64,000 bases of DNA, taken from positions 224,001-288,000 of the forward strand of contig CAWFFN010000007.1 of the NCBI GenBank assembly GCA_963815115.1, written 5' to 3'. Shown here piece by piece: positions 11,381-20,204 of the stretch. This stretch comes from an uncultured delta proteobacterium (GTDB lineage Bacteria; Desulfobacterota; Binatia; DP-6). The notes below the pieces were generated by a model. The model saw only the letters and a list, made by a program, of their open reading frames with translations, searched no databases and had not been told where the DNA came from. The first letter of the stretch is position 1. Each line of letters begins with the position of its first letter. Made by a program: the position numbers and the translations under genes.

Positions 11381-11569
11381 CCGTGGCCGGCAGCGGGGAT
11401 CTGAGGGTCAGGTCAACCGACTCTCATGCATTGCCCTCCCGAAGGGGCCGGTTGCTCGCGAGGTCGGCGAGCGCGTCGAGTGCTTCGATCATCCCCAGAA
11501 CCTCCCGGCGCCTCGCGGGCACTTGGTTCACGAGGCGGCGTGCTGGGCGACCCGGTCCGGAGTGACAGC
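11381..11569 (-). ncRNA. Candidate structured 5'-leader element, copy A (family unknown)
   Basis: Conserved blocks shared with 13948-14137 (68/72 and 35/39 nt identical by manual count) within otherwise poorly alignable intergenic DNA; stems and a cUUCGg loop. Confidence 0.55.
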
Positions 11570-11650
11570 TTCGGAGTCAGGTCGGTGTGGCCGGTTTGCA
11601 GCTTCTCCGTCTGAAACCTCGTTGCAACGTGTCGCTCATCGAAGAAGACA

Positions 11651-11687
11651 GCTCCCGGCGCCGGTCGGGAGGACCGGCGCCGGGAGC
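11651..11687. terminator. Hairpin downstream of paralog B (copy of the hairpin at 9093)
   Basis: GCTCCCGGCGCCGGTC-GGGAG-GACCGGCGCCGGGAGC, a 16-bp perfect stem. Confidence 0.7.
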
Positions 11688-11721
11688 GTTTACTTACGAG
11701 CTATTCTGCGAAACGCGTGCC

Positions 11722-13887
11722 CTAGGGCACGACGGTGAACGTCGCATTCCCGGGCAGGCTGATCGTGCCCGGACCGGGCAGATCGGCGATGCCGTCGACC
11801 GACAGGTTGCCGGTCATCGGGATGCAGAAGATGCTCACCAGGGTCGACGGATGCGGCAGGCCATCCGAGCCGTCACCCGCGGGCGAGCCCGTCTGGGAGA
11901 TGGCCTGGGCGGTGTCCTGTCCGAAGGCGCCGGCATTGATCTGGCCCGGGCAGAAGATGCCGTCCGCGGCCGTCTGGCTGGCGGTGCCGGTCGTGAGCGG
12001 GGTCAGGTTGACCGGCAGCGTGGCGACGAAGCTGCCCGACCCAGGCATGCAGTCGAGGGTCGTCAGGTTGACGTTGGTGGTGGTGCACGGCTGCCCGACC
12101 TGGTCGCCGTCGTTGCAGACGTTGCCGATGCACTGCGGGCAGGCCGACGGCCGGCCGAGGGTCAGGAAGACCCGCGAGGCGAGGTTGATGCTGACCGACG
12201 ACTCGCCCGTGAGGAGATCGAGGGTGCCGCTGCCGTCGGTTGCGAACGAGTTGACCACGCAGGTCGAGGGGAAGCCGTTGACCGGCACCGGCGGCCCGAA
12301 GAAGCAGGTCGGGTCGAAGGCACAGGCGCCCAGGAACCCGGCGCAGTCGCCGTCACTGGTGCACTCGACCGCCGGATTGTTGACGCAGTGCTGGGTCGGC
12401 TGCGGGCCCGTGGTGCAATCCGCGCGGCTCGTGCCGAGGCTGGCGACCAGGTTCACGCTGTCCGGCGACTCGAAGATCGAGGTGGCGTTCTCGGGAATGA
12501 GCGACGGCGGCTCGCTGGAGTTGCCTCCACCGATGTACAGGCAGCCGAGACCGAGCTGCAGGACCGGCATGGTGCCGCCCGTGTCGGAGGAGAGCTGGCC
12601 CGAGAACGGTCCGAGCCCCACTGTCGGGTCGAACTCATTCGGCTGCTTGCAATCCGAGCCCGGCGTGGTGGTGAAGCTCAGGTGGGTGCCGAGCGGCGGG
12701 GGCTGCGTCGTGGTCGTGGTGGACGTCGTCGTCGTGGTCGTGCTCGTCGTCGGCACGGTCAGGGAGCGCGACAGCGTCTGGGCGAAGAAGTCGATCGCCG
12801 TCTCGATGGGTGTGAGCTGGTCAGGGGTGCCGCACGTCTTGAGCGCGCCGTTGAAGGACGAGCCGGCCTTGGGGCCACAGCTCTCGGCCACTGCGAGTCC
12901 GGAGCTCGCCGCCTTGGACCAGCACTTCGCGACTGCCTGGGCCTTCTTGCCCACCGACGCCATCTTCTTGCCGGCGCAGATGTCCGGGCCCGGCGCGCCG
13001 TTGCTGACGATCTGCAGGGTGGTGGCGATCATGTTGTCGACCGCGCCCTCGAACGTGGCCGGGTCGAGGTTGTCCCCGTGCCGGCCGCCGATCAGGCAAT
13101 CGCCCTTGTCGCCGGCCTTCGCAAAGCCGCTGTCGAAGGCGTTGACGGCCTTCTGGATGCAGTTCTGATCGACCTCGACGCCCTTCTGGAGGGCCTTGGA
13201 GTAGCAGCTCGCCAGGGCCTTGGCCTTCTTGCCGGCGGCGTCGATCGCGCCCTGCGCGCACTTGCTCGCGGTGCCGGTGCCCACGATCGTGAAGCCCATG
13301 TTGTCGACGGTGAAGATCTCGACGCCGGCGAACAGGCCCGACAGGCCGCACGCGTGCCCGGAGGTGAGGACCACCGTCGTGGCGGGAGCGGAGAACTCGG
13401 TCGAGATGGTGAGGCCCTCGACCGGGACGTTCGTGGTGCTGCTCCCGACCGGCGCCTGGCTCGCGTCGAAGCCCTGGACGGTCACGTTTGCGGTCCCCTG
13501 ACAGTCGATGCCGAGCGTCGTGGCGTCGAACTGGAGCGAGGTGATCGGCGGGTAGAAGGTCAGGGTTTCGGGCGTCTGCGGGACGCCACCGTTCGCCATC
13601 GAGAAGAAGCTCGCGAAGACCAGCGTGTTGGGCTCCGAGATCCCCGGGGTGTTGGGGCTGCCGAGATCGAAGAGGAACCCGCCGTTCTGGCCGAAGCCGG
13701 CGAACTGGACACCGAGATCGGCGACTTCGTTGGTGAACGGGACAACCGTGGTGATGTCGCCCGTCACGGGGGGCAGGTTGTCGAAATTCACCAGCACGTC
13801 GCTCGGGGATACCGTGACGAACTGCGCCGTCGCGGTCCGAGCAAGTGCCCCGAATACCAGGGCGCTCACGAGCAGCATTCGCTTCAT
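11722..13887 (-). CDS. Secreted Cys-rich multidomain protein with Thr-rich linker (paralog B)
   Basis: Signal peptide MKRMLLVSALVFGALARTATA; AAGGAG RBS; colinear with paralog A. Confidence 0.85.
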   Translation of the reverse strand: MKRMLLVSALVFGALARTATAQFVTVSPSDVLVNFDNLPPVTGDITTVVPFTNEVADLGVQFAGFGQNGGFLFDLGSPNTPGISEPNTLVFASFFSMANGGVPQTPETLTFYPPITSLQFDATTLGIDCQGTANVTVQGFDASQAPVGSSTTNVPVEGLTISTEFSAPATTVVLTSGHACGLSGLFAGVEIFTVDNMGFTIVGTGTASKCAQGAIDAAGKKAKALASCYSKALQKGVEVDQNCIQKAVNAFDSGFAKAGDKGDCLIGGRHGDNLDPATFEGAVDNMIATTLQIVSNGAPGPDICAGKKMASVGKKAQAVAKCWSKAASSGLAVAESCGPKAGSSFNGALKTCGTPDQLTPIETAIDFFAQTLSRSLTVPTTSTTTTTTSTTTTTQPPPLGTHLSFTTTPGSDCKQPNEFDPTVGLGPFSGQLSSDTGGTMPVLQLGLGCLYIGGGNSSEPPSLIPENATSIFESPDSVNLVASLGTSRADCTTGPQPTQHCVNNPAVECTSDGDCAGFLGACAFDPTCFFGPPVPVNGFPSTCVVNSFATDGSGTLDLLTGESSVSINLASRVFLTLGRPSACPQCIGNVCNDGDQVGQPCTTTNVNLTTLDCMPGSGSFVATLPVNLTPLTTGTASQTAADGIFCPGQINAGAFGQDTAQAISQTGSPAGDGSDGLPHPSTLVSIFCIPMTGNLSVDGIADLPGPGTISLPGNATFTVVP

Positions 13888-13947
13888 GTCACTCTCCTTC
13901 CGGGTAGTCTGTGTACGGTCCATCTTCATCCGCTGTTGACTGCGAGA

Positions 13948-14137
13948 CCGCGGTCGGCAGCGGGTCTCACGCCTGGGTCAGCCGGCTCTCATGCTTCGCC
14001 CTCCCGAAGGGGCCTATTCCCCGGGCGGTCGGCGGGTGGGTGTATCGGGTTCAGGCTTGGGCCCCGAACCTCCCGGCGCTTCGCGGGCACTTGGTTCGCG
14101 AGGCGGCGTGCTGGGCGACCCGATCGGGAGTGACAGC
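13948..14137 (-). ncRNA. Candidate structured 5'-leader element, copy B
   Basis: See copy A. Confidence 0.55.
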
Positions 14138-14307
14138 CCCAGACCATGGTCGGAGTCGATTTTCGCGAGTTTTTTCGGCTACTTTCCGGGGTCAGTGCGC
14201 AAGCTCGGCGGGAGAGTGCTCCAAGCCCGCCTACCGGCGCGAGCGCCGATCGTCGCGAGGCGCCGTCCCGTACCTTCGGGCGCCTAGAGTCATTGCGACA
14301 CGCCGAT

Positions 14308-14364
14308 ACTGACATGTCAGTTTACCGAGTGCCTGCTCTAGACGAGGCGCCGGCATTTTGTCAA
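14308..14364 (-). promoter_or_regulatory. Putative sigma70 promoter for paralog B with a palindromic operator
   Basis: TTGACA on the - strand at 14359-14364; perfect palindrome ACTGACATGTCAGT at 14308-14321. Confidence 0.45.
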
Positions 14365-14526
14365 CGAACAATTTTGTAGAGAGTCAGAAAAAATCGTTCA
14401 TCTCGACGTGAATGGGCAGCATCGTCGCTGAGCGGATGACGACGCGCCGTGCCATCCCGACCTCGTGGGCGGCCGGCGGACCGTCGCTGTTGACACGGCC
14501 GGGCGCTCAGGGGGACGAAGGGCATC

Positions 14527-15204
14527 ATGGTCGACCTCTACACCGCCCCCACGCCGAACGGTCACAAGGCCTCGATCACCCTGGAGGAGCTCGGGATTCC
14601 CTACGAGGTACACGTGGTGAATCTGATGGGAGGAGACCAGAGGAAGCCGGAGTTCCTCGCCATCAACCCCAACGGCCGCATCCCCGCCATCGTCGACCGC
14701 GACGAGGGCGACTTCGCGGTCTTCGAATCGGGCGCCCTCATGATCTATCTGGCCGAGAAGGCGGGGCGCCTGCTGCCCTCGGATCGCCGGGGCCGCTCGC
14801 TGGTCATCCAGTGGCTGATGTTCCAGATGGGCGGCATCGGGCCCATGATGGGCCAGGCGAACGTCTTCTATCGCTACTTCCCGGAGAAGATCCAGCCGGC
14901 CATCGATCGCTACCAGCACGAGTGCCGCCGGCTGTTCGAGGTACTCGAAGGGCAGCTCGCCCACGGCGAGTGGCTGGCCGGCGACTACTCGCTCGCCGAC
15001 ATCGCGAACTGGTCATGGGTGCGCACGCACAAGTGGTCGGGCGTCCCCGTGGAGGGACTCGAGCACCTGCAACGCTGGATGGGGCAGATGGCCGCCCGTC
15101 CGGCGTGTCAGCGCGGGATCGACGTGCCGTTCCGGATGCCGGACCTGACGGAAGTGGACGCCGAGCAGTTCGCCAAGGGCGCCCAGTCCATCCTGCAGCG
15201 CTGA
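14527..15204 (+). CDS. Glutathione S-transferase, YfcG/YghU (Nu) class
   Basis: [19 protein letters not shown] and [16 protein letters not shown] motifs. Confidence 0.93.
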   Translation: MVDLYTAPTPNGHKASITLEELGIPYEVHVVNLMGGDQRKPEFLAINPNGRIPAIVDRDEGDFAVFESGALMIYLAEKAGRLLPSDRRGRSLVIQWLMFQMGGIGPMMGQANVFYRYFPEKIQPAIDRYQHECRRLFEVLEGQLAHGEWLAGDYSLADIANWSWVRTHKWSGVPVEGLEHLQRWMGQMAARPACQRGIDVPFRMPDLTEVDAEQFAKGAQSILQR

Positions 15205-15220
15205 GGAGGCCTCTCCCGCC

Positions 15221-17527
15221 TCAGAGCGTGACGGCGTCCGGGTAGCACCATCCCCAGTCCTCCCCGGGCTCCAACGACTTGATGATGGGATGATGGGAGG
15301 CGTGGTTGTGTGCTGTGGCGTGCTTGTTGGGTGACGAATCGCAGCAGCCGACGTGGCCGCACGTCATGCAGATGCGGAGATGCACCCAGCGATCACCCGT
15401 GCGCAGGCAATCCTCGCAGCCGCGGGCGCTCGGCATCACGCGCTTGATCTGTCCGAGGTGCCCGCAGCGCACCCCTGGCTGAGGGTCGAGCTCGACGGGG
15501 CGTTCGGTGTCCACCACGGTCCGAGTGTCCGCCAGGGCATCGGACATCGCAACCGGGTCGAGCGTGCCGACCCGGAAGAGCGGCGCCGCCTGCGCGAACA
15601 TGTCGGCCGTACCGGCGAGGATCAGCTCGTCGCCGGCCCGGATGGTCTCGCCCGCCGGCGGCGCCGGCTGCTCGAGCGTGCCGCGGCGAAGCCGCTCGAC
15701 CGTGAGCGGGAGGTCTCCGAGCGACAGCCCTTCCACGGGCGCGCCCGCGCGGATCGTTACCGTGCGGCGCGCGAGACAGTCGACTCCCAGGTCGCACTCC
15801 ACGACCGGCGATGCCGGCTGCTGATCGTCGCGCAACGCCGCGTAGCCGCCGCGCCGCACGACCTCCTCGTTGCGGTCGATCTCTTCCGCCGGCAGATCGT
15901 AGCTCCGCATGACGTCGGCGAACAGCTGCACGACGCTCTCGAGCTCGGCGGCGATGACGCGATCGGCCCCGGCTGCGATGAGCGGCTCCACCTCGGCGAT
16001 GTAACGCGTGCGCACGATGATGCGCATGGTCGGATTCGTGATTCGGGCGACCGAGGTCACGCGGTGTGCCATGGCCGGGTCGTCGTCCGGCACCACCAGG
16101 ACCTTGGCGCGGTCGGCGCCCGCCAGCAGCAGCGTGTGCGTGCGGCTCGCATCGCCGAGCAGCACCGGGAGCGACGCCGCGGCCGCCTCGGTCGCACCCT
16201 CGGGGCTGAGGGTCGTGATGACGAACGGAATGTGCGAGCCGTGGAGGACCCGCACGAGGCCGCGGGCGCCCTGGCCATAGCCGGCGACGACCACGTGGTT
16301 CTCGCGCCGTGGCCCCTCGAGAGCCGGCGCGGCGCTGTCGTCCTCCGGGAGGGGCGCCTGACGCGCCACCCGGTGCGCCCCGGCTGCCCCGAGCGCGGTG
16401 AGGAACGGCGTCAACACCATCAGGACGACGGTGGTGGCGATGAACGCCTGCGAGCCGGCGTCGCCGAGGCCGGCGGGTGACAGGCCGGCGACGCGGCCGG
16501 CACGCTCGAGCACGAAGGAGAACTCCCCGACCTGCGCGAGCATGAGCGCGGCGGCGATCGCCACCGGAAGGCGCTCGCGGAGGGCGAGCACGCCGGCACC
16601 GGTCGTGAGGATCTTCACCAGGAGGACCGCCGCGATGCCCGCCGCCACCAGCGGCAGATGGCTCACCAGGAAGCCGAGATCGAGCAGCATGCCCACCGAC
16701 ACGAAGAAGGTCGCGCTGAAGAGTATCTGGAGCGGCAGTATCTCGCCGAGCGCGTGCTGGCTGAAGCGGCTCTCGCTGACCACGAGACCGGCGAGGAAGG
16801 CGCCCAGCGACAGGCTCACACCCGCCAGGTTGGTGAGGAACGCGGTACCGAAGCAGATCGCGATCACGGTGAGCAAAAACAGCTCCGGCGAGCAGGTCCG
16901 CGCGACCTGCTCGAGCACGAGGGGCATGAGCCGGCGGGCGACGAGGAGCACGGCAACGATGATGCCGCCCGCCTTGGCGAGCGCCCACACGATATCGGTG
17001 CTCGAACCGCCGGTGCCCCCGAGCATCGGCACGAGCAGCACCATCACCACGACGGCGAGGTCCTGGAAGATGAGGATGCCGAGGCCGATCCGGCCGTGCG
17101 CCGTGGCGGTTTCGTTCCGGTCGGCGAGCAGCTTGAGGACGATCGCGGTGGAGCTGAGCGAGACGAGGAAGCCCGTGAAGAGACCGCTGCGCCAGTCCAC
17201 ACCGAACGCCAGCAGCAGGGCGAGCGTCCCGAGGGAGGCGAGCGCGACCTGGAGACCGCCGCCCGCGAAGATGGCGGTCTTCATCTCGGCAAGGCGCTCC
17301 AGGCTGAACTCGATGCCGATCGTGAAGAGCAGGAACATGACGCCCACTTCCGCGGCCGCGTCGACCACCGCCTGGTCGTGCACGAGCCCGAGCGCATTGG
17401 GACCGATGACGACTCCTGCGACGAGGAAGCCAACGATCGGCACCAGGCCGATGCGGAAGCAGACGTACGCGATGCTCGCGCCGGCGATGACGAGCGCGAC
17501 CGAGTCGGTGAGGAAGGAGTGCGGCAT
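15221..17527 (-). CDS. CPA2/Kef-type cation:proton antiporter with RCK-N, RCK-C and a C-terminal UBP-type zinc finger
   Basis: LSSTAIVLK, FQD and QVGEFSFVL motifs; GYGQG KTN motif; C-terminal 'CEDC...WVHLRICMTCGHVGCCDSSPNKHATAH'. Confidence 0.9.
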   Translation of the reverse strand: MPHSFLTDSVALVIAGASIAYVCFRIGLVPIVGFLVAGVVIGPNALGLVHDQAVVDAAAEVGVMFLLFTIGIEFSLERLAEMKTAIFAGGGLQVALASLGTLALLLAFGVDWRSGLFTGFLVSLSSTAIVLKLLADRNETATAHGRIGLGILIFQDLAVVVMVLLVPMLGGTGGSSTDIVWALAKAGGIIVAVLLVARRLMPLVLEQVARTCSPELFLLTVIAICFGTAFLTNLAGVSLSLGAFLAGLVVSESRFSQHALGEILPLQILFSATFFVSVGMLLDLGFLVSHLPLVAAGIAAVLLVKILTTGAGVLALRERLPVAIAAALMLAQVGEFSFVLERAGRVAGLSPAGLGDAGSQAFIATTVVLMVLTPFLTALGAAGAHRVARQAPLPEDDSAAPALEGPRRENHVVVAGYGQGARGLVRVLHGSHIPFVITTLSPEGATEAAAASLPVLLGDASRTHTLLLAGADRAKVLVVPDDDPAMAHRVTSVARITNPTMRIIVRTRYIAEVEPLIAAGADRVIAAELESVVQLFADVMRSYDLPAEEIDRNEEVVRRGGYAALRDDQQPASPVVECDLGVDCLARRTVTIRAGAPVEGLSLGDLPLTVERLRRGTLEQPAPPAGETIRAGDELILAGTADMFAQAAPLFRVGTLDPVAMSDALADTRTVVDTERPVELDPQPGVRCGHLGQIKRVMPSARGCEDCLRTGDRWVHLRICMTCGHVGCCDSSPNKHATAHNHASHHPIIKSLEPGEDWGWCYPDAVTL

Positions 17528-17590
17528 GCGGCTGCGCAACCATTCCGTGCCGCTGCAGGCGGCACAAGGGGGTTCCTGGCGCGGCGGGGC

Positions 17591-18775
17591 TCAGGGCGTC
17601 GGATGCAGGAGGCCGACGGTGTGGCGCGCGATCATCAGGTTCTCGTCGGTCGGTACCATCCAGGCCGACGCGGGCGAGCCCTGCGGGGACAGGCAGGGCC
17701 CGCCCCGCCGATTTGCCTCCTCGTCGAGCCGGATTCCGAGCCAGGCCGCGTCGCGGCAGATGCGCGCGCGGATCGGCACCGCGTGCTCGCCGATGCCGCC
17801 GGTGAAGACGAGCGCATCGACGCCGCCGAGGGCGGCGGCCATCGAGCCGAGCTCGCGGCCGATCCGGTAGACGAAGAGATCGACCGCCTCGCGCGCGTGC
17901 GGGTCGTCGTTCTCCAAGAGCGCGCGCATGTCGCTCGACACGCCCGAGACGCCGAGCAGCCCGGACTCGTAGTAGAGGAGGTGCTCGAGCGCGCGAGCGT
18001 CCATGCCGTGGTGGTCCATCAGGTAGATCAGGGCACCGGGATCGAGCGCGCCCGGACGCGTCCCCATGACGAGGCCGTCGAGGACGCTGAAGCCCATCGT
18101 CGTCGCCACGCTCTGGCTGGCGCGCATCGCGCACAGGCTGGCGCCGTTCCCGAGATGCGCGACGACCACGCGGGCCGATGCCAGTCCGAGATCCGGAAGG
18201 CGTGACGCGATGAACTCGAAGGACAGGCCGTGAAAGCCGTATCGCCGCACGCCGCCGTCGGTGTACGCGCGCGGAAGGGCGAACGTGCGAGCGAGCCGCG
18301 GCTGGGTGTGATGGAACGCGGTGTCGAAGCAGGCCACCTGCGGCAGGTCCGGGTTGGTGGCGAGCAGGGAGCGGATCGGCGCCAGGTTGTGGGGCTGGTG
18401 CAGGAGAGCGAGCGGGACGAGACGCTCGAGGGCCGCGAGCACGTCCGGGGTCACGCGCACCGGCTCGGTGAAGGTCTCGCCCCCGTGCACGACGCGGTGC
18501 CCGACCGCCGCGAGCGGCCGGCCAGCGAGCTGATCGTCGACACAGGCCCGGATCGCGGCCATGGCACCATCGTGATCGAGCACTTCGGAAGGGCGACAGT
18601 CACGTTCGGCCAACGGCTCGCCCCGCGGCCCCGTGACGTGCAGCCGCGGCCGCACGCCGATACCCTCCAGCTCGCCGTGCGCTTCCGCCGCCAGGTCTCC
18701 GTCTGCCGCCCCGACGTAGAGCGAGAACTTCACGCTCGACGAGCCGGCGTTGACGACCAGGATGCGATCGGTCAC
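17591..18775 (-). CDS. ackA: Acetate/propionate kinase
   Basis: NAGSSSVK, GHRVVHGG, RRYGFHGLS, HLGNGAS and FTGGIGEH motifs. Confidence 0.93.
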   Translation of the reverse strand: MTDRILVVNAGSSSVKFSLYVGAADGDLAAEAHGELEGIGVRPRLHVTGPRGEPLAERDCRPSEVLDHDGAMAAIRACVDDQLAGRPLAAVGHRVVHGGETFTEPVRVTPDVLAALERLVPLALLHQPHNLAPIRSLLATNPDLPQVACFDTAFHHTQPRLARTFALPRAYTDGGVRRYGFHGLSFEFIASRLPDLGLASARVVVAHLGNGASLCAMRASQSVATTMGFSVLDGLVMGTRPGALDPGALIYLMDHHGMDARALEHLLYYESGLLGVSGVSSDMRALLENDDPHAREAVDLFVYRIGRELGSMAAALGGVDALVFTGGIGEHAVPIRARICRDAAWLGIRLDEEANRRGGPCLSPQGSPASAWMVPTDENLMIARHTVGLLHPTP

Positions 18776-20067
18776 GCGGCCGCCCCCTGTGCCCGCCAGT
18801 GGCTGTACAGCACGGCCACCGCGCAGCTCGCCATCTTGGCGCGCACGCTGTCGGCACGGCTGGTGAGGATGACGGGGGCGCGCGCCCCGAGCACGATCCC
18901 GGCGGCGTCGGCGCGCAGCAGGAAGGTGAGCTCCTTGTAGAGGATGTTGCCGGCTTCGAGGTCGGGGCAGAGCAGGATGTCGGCGTCGCCCGCCACCGGC
19001 GATGCGATGCCCTTGGTCCTGGCAGCCGCCGGGCTGATGGCGTTGTCCAGGGCGAGCGGGCCGTCGATCACCGCACCGGTGATCTGGCCGCGATCGGCCA
19101 TCTTGCAGAGCGCCGCGGCGTCGAGCGTCGAGGGGATGCGGGGCGTCACCGTCTCGACCGCCGAGAGCACGGCGACCTTGGGCGTGGCGATGCCGAGCGC
19201 GTGCGCCAGCTCGACGGCGTTGCGCAGGATGTCGATCTTCTCCTCGATTCCGGGGGCGATGTTCACCGCCGCGTCAGTGACGAAGAGCGGCTTGGGGTAG
19301 GTCGGGACGTCGAGGATGAAGACGTGGCTGATGCGCCGGGTGGTGCGGAGCCCGGTGTCGCGGGCCATGACCTCGTGCATGAGCTCGTCGGTGTGCAGAC
19401 TCCCCTTCATCACCACGTGGGCCCGGCCGCTGCGGACCAGCTCGACGGCGGCCAGCGCGGCCGATTGGCTGTCCGGCCGATCGAGCACCTCGACGCCGGC
19501 GAGGTCGAGGTGGCGGTCGGTGGCGAGCGTACGGATGGTGGCTTCGCGGCCGACCAGAATGGGCCGGATCAGCCCGATCCGGGCGGCGTCGAGGGCCGCC
19601 TCGAGGGAGCTGTCGTCGCACGGATGGGCGACCGCGGCGGTGAGCGTGACCACCTCGGCGACGCCGGCGAGGACCGTTCGCCGGTGCTGGTTCACCACCA
19701 CGCACTCGAGCACGACGGTGCGGTCGGCGGCGCGCTTCTCCGTCACGGTGAGCGTGGCCGTCAGGCTGTCGCCACCCTGGACGGGCTCGAGGAAGCGCAG
19801 GGTCTGCCCGCGATACACCGTGCCCGGTCCGGGGAGTGCCGTGCCGAGCACGACGGGCACGAGCATGGCCGCCAGCGCGGCATACCCGACGGGATAGGTC
19901 GGACCGTCGCGACCCGCGGCGGTCCCCGACACCTCCTCCGACTGGAGGCCGTGCGCCAGGACGGCCAGCATGGCGGCATCCTCGCGGGTGATCGTCCGCG
20001 TGAGGCTCGCCGCATCACCGACGGAGAGCTGGTCGAAGGTGCGGTTCTCGATGCTGTCGTCGGCCAT
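18772..20067 (-). CDS. MaoC-like domain fused to phosphate acetyl/butyryltransferase
   Basis: N-terminal LPGPGTVY hotdog fold; MKGSLHTD, DGPLALDNA, PDLEAGN and LTSRAD motifs. Confidence 0.88.
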   Translation of the reverse strand: MADDSIENRTFDQLSVGDAASLTRTITREDAAMLAVLAHGLQSEEVSGTAAGRDGPTYPVGYAALAAMLVPVVLGTALPGPGTVYRGQTLRFLEPVQGGDSLTATLTVTEKRAADRTVVLECVVVNQHRRTVLAGVAEVVTLTAAVAHPCDDSSLEAALDAARIGLIRPILVGREATIRTLATDRHLDLAGVEVLDRPDSQSAALAAVELVRSGRAHVVMKGSLHTDELMHEVMARDTGLRTTRRISHVFILDVPTYPKPLFVTDAAVNIAPGIEEKIDILRNAVELAHALGIATPKVAVLSAVETVTPRIPSTLDAAALCKMADRGQITGAVIDGPLALDNAISPAAARTKGIASPVAGDADILLCPDLEAGNILYKELTFLLRADAAGIVLGARAPVILTSRADSVRAKMASCAVAVLYSHWRAQGAAA

Positions 20068-20204
20068 CGCCCTGCGCGGCCCGGTCGTCCGGGCAAGTGG
20101 CTCGCACACCCGCGGCGTCGCGACAAGAGGCCCCGCGCGGACGGACGAGCCGGCCGCGCGCGCCGCTTCCGCTGGCGGCACCGCTGCGCTAGGGTCCGCC
20201 CGTC

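Noticed and set aside
11411-11430. GAGAGYCGG in the leader element resembling the start of group II intron domain V
   Set aside because: There is no DV hairpin with GNRA loop, no DVI and no RT ORF.
11498-11569. GGGCACTTG...GTGC resembling a c-di-GMP-II riboswitch
   Set aside because: It lies antisense to the gene, and the other consensus elements (5' GGAA...UGA, GAG..AGUAGUGCAACC) are absent.
8775-14133. Long + strand ORFs (987 aa and 848 aa) and similar long ORFs elsewhere (e.g. 39947-42079, 15393-18134)
   Set aside because: These are antisense or alternate-frame shadows of real genes in high-GC DNA; they are Arg/Gly/Ala-rich with no recognisable motifs.
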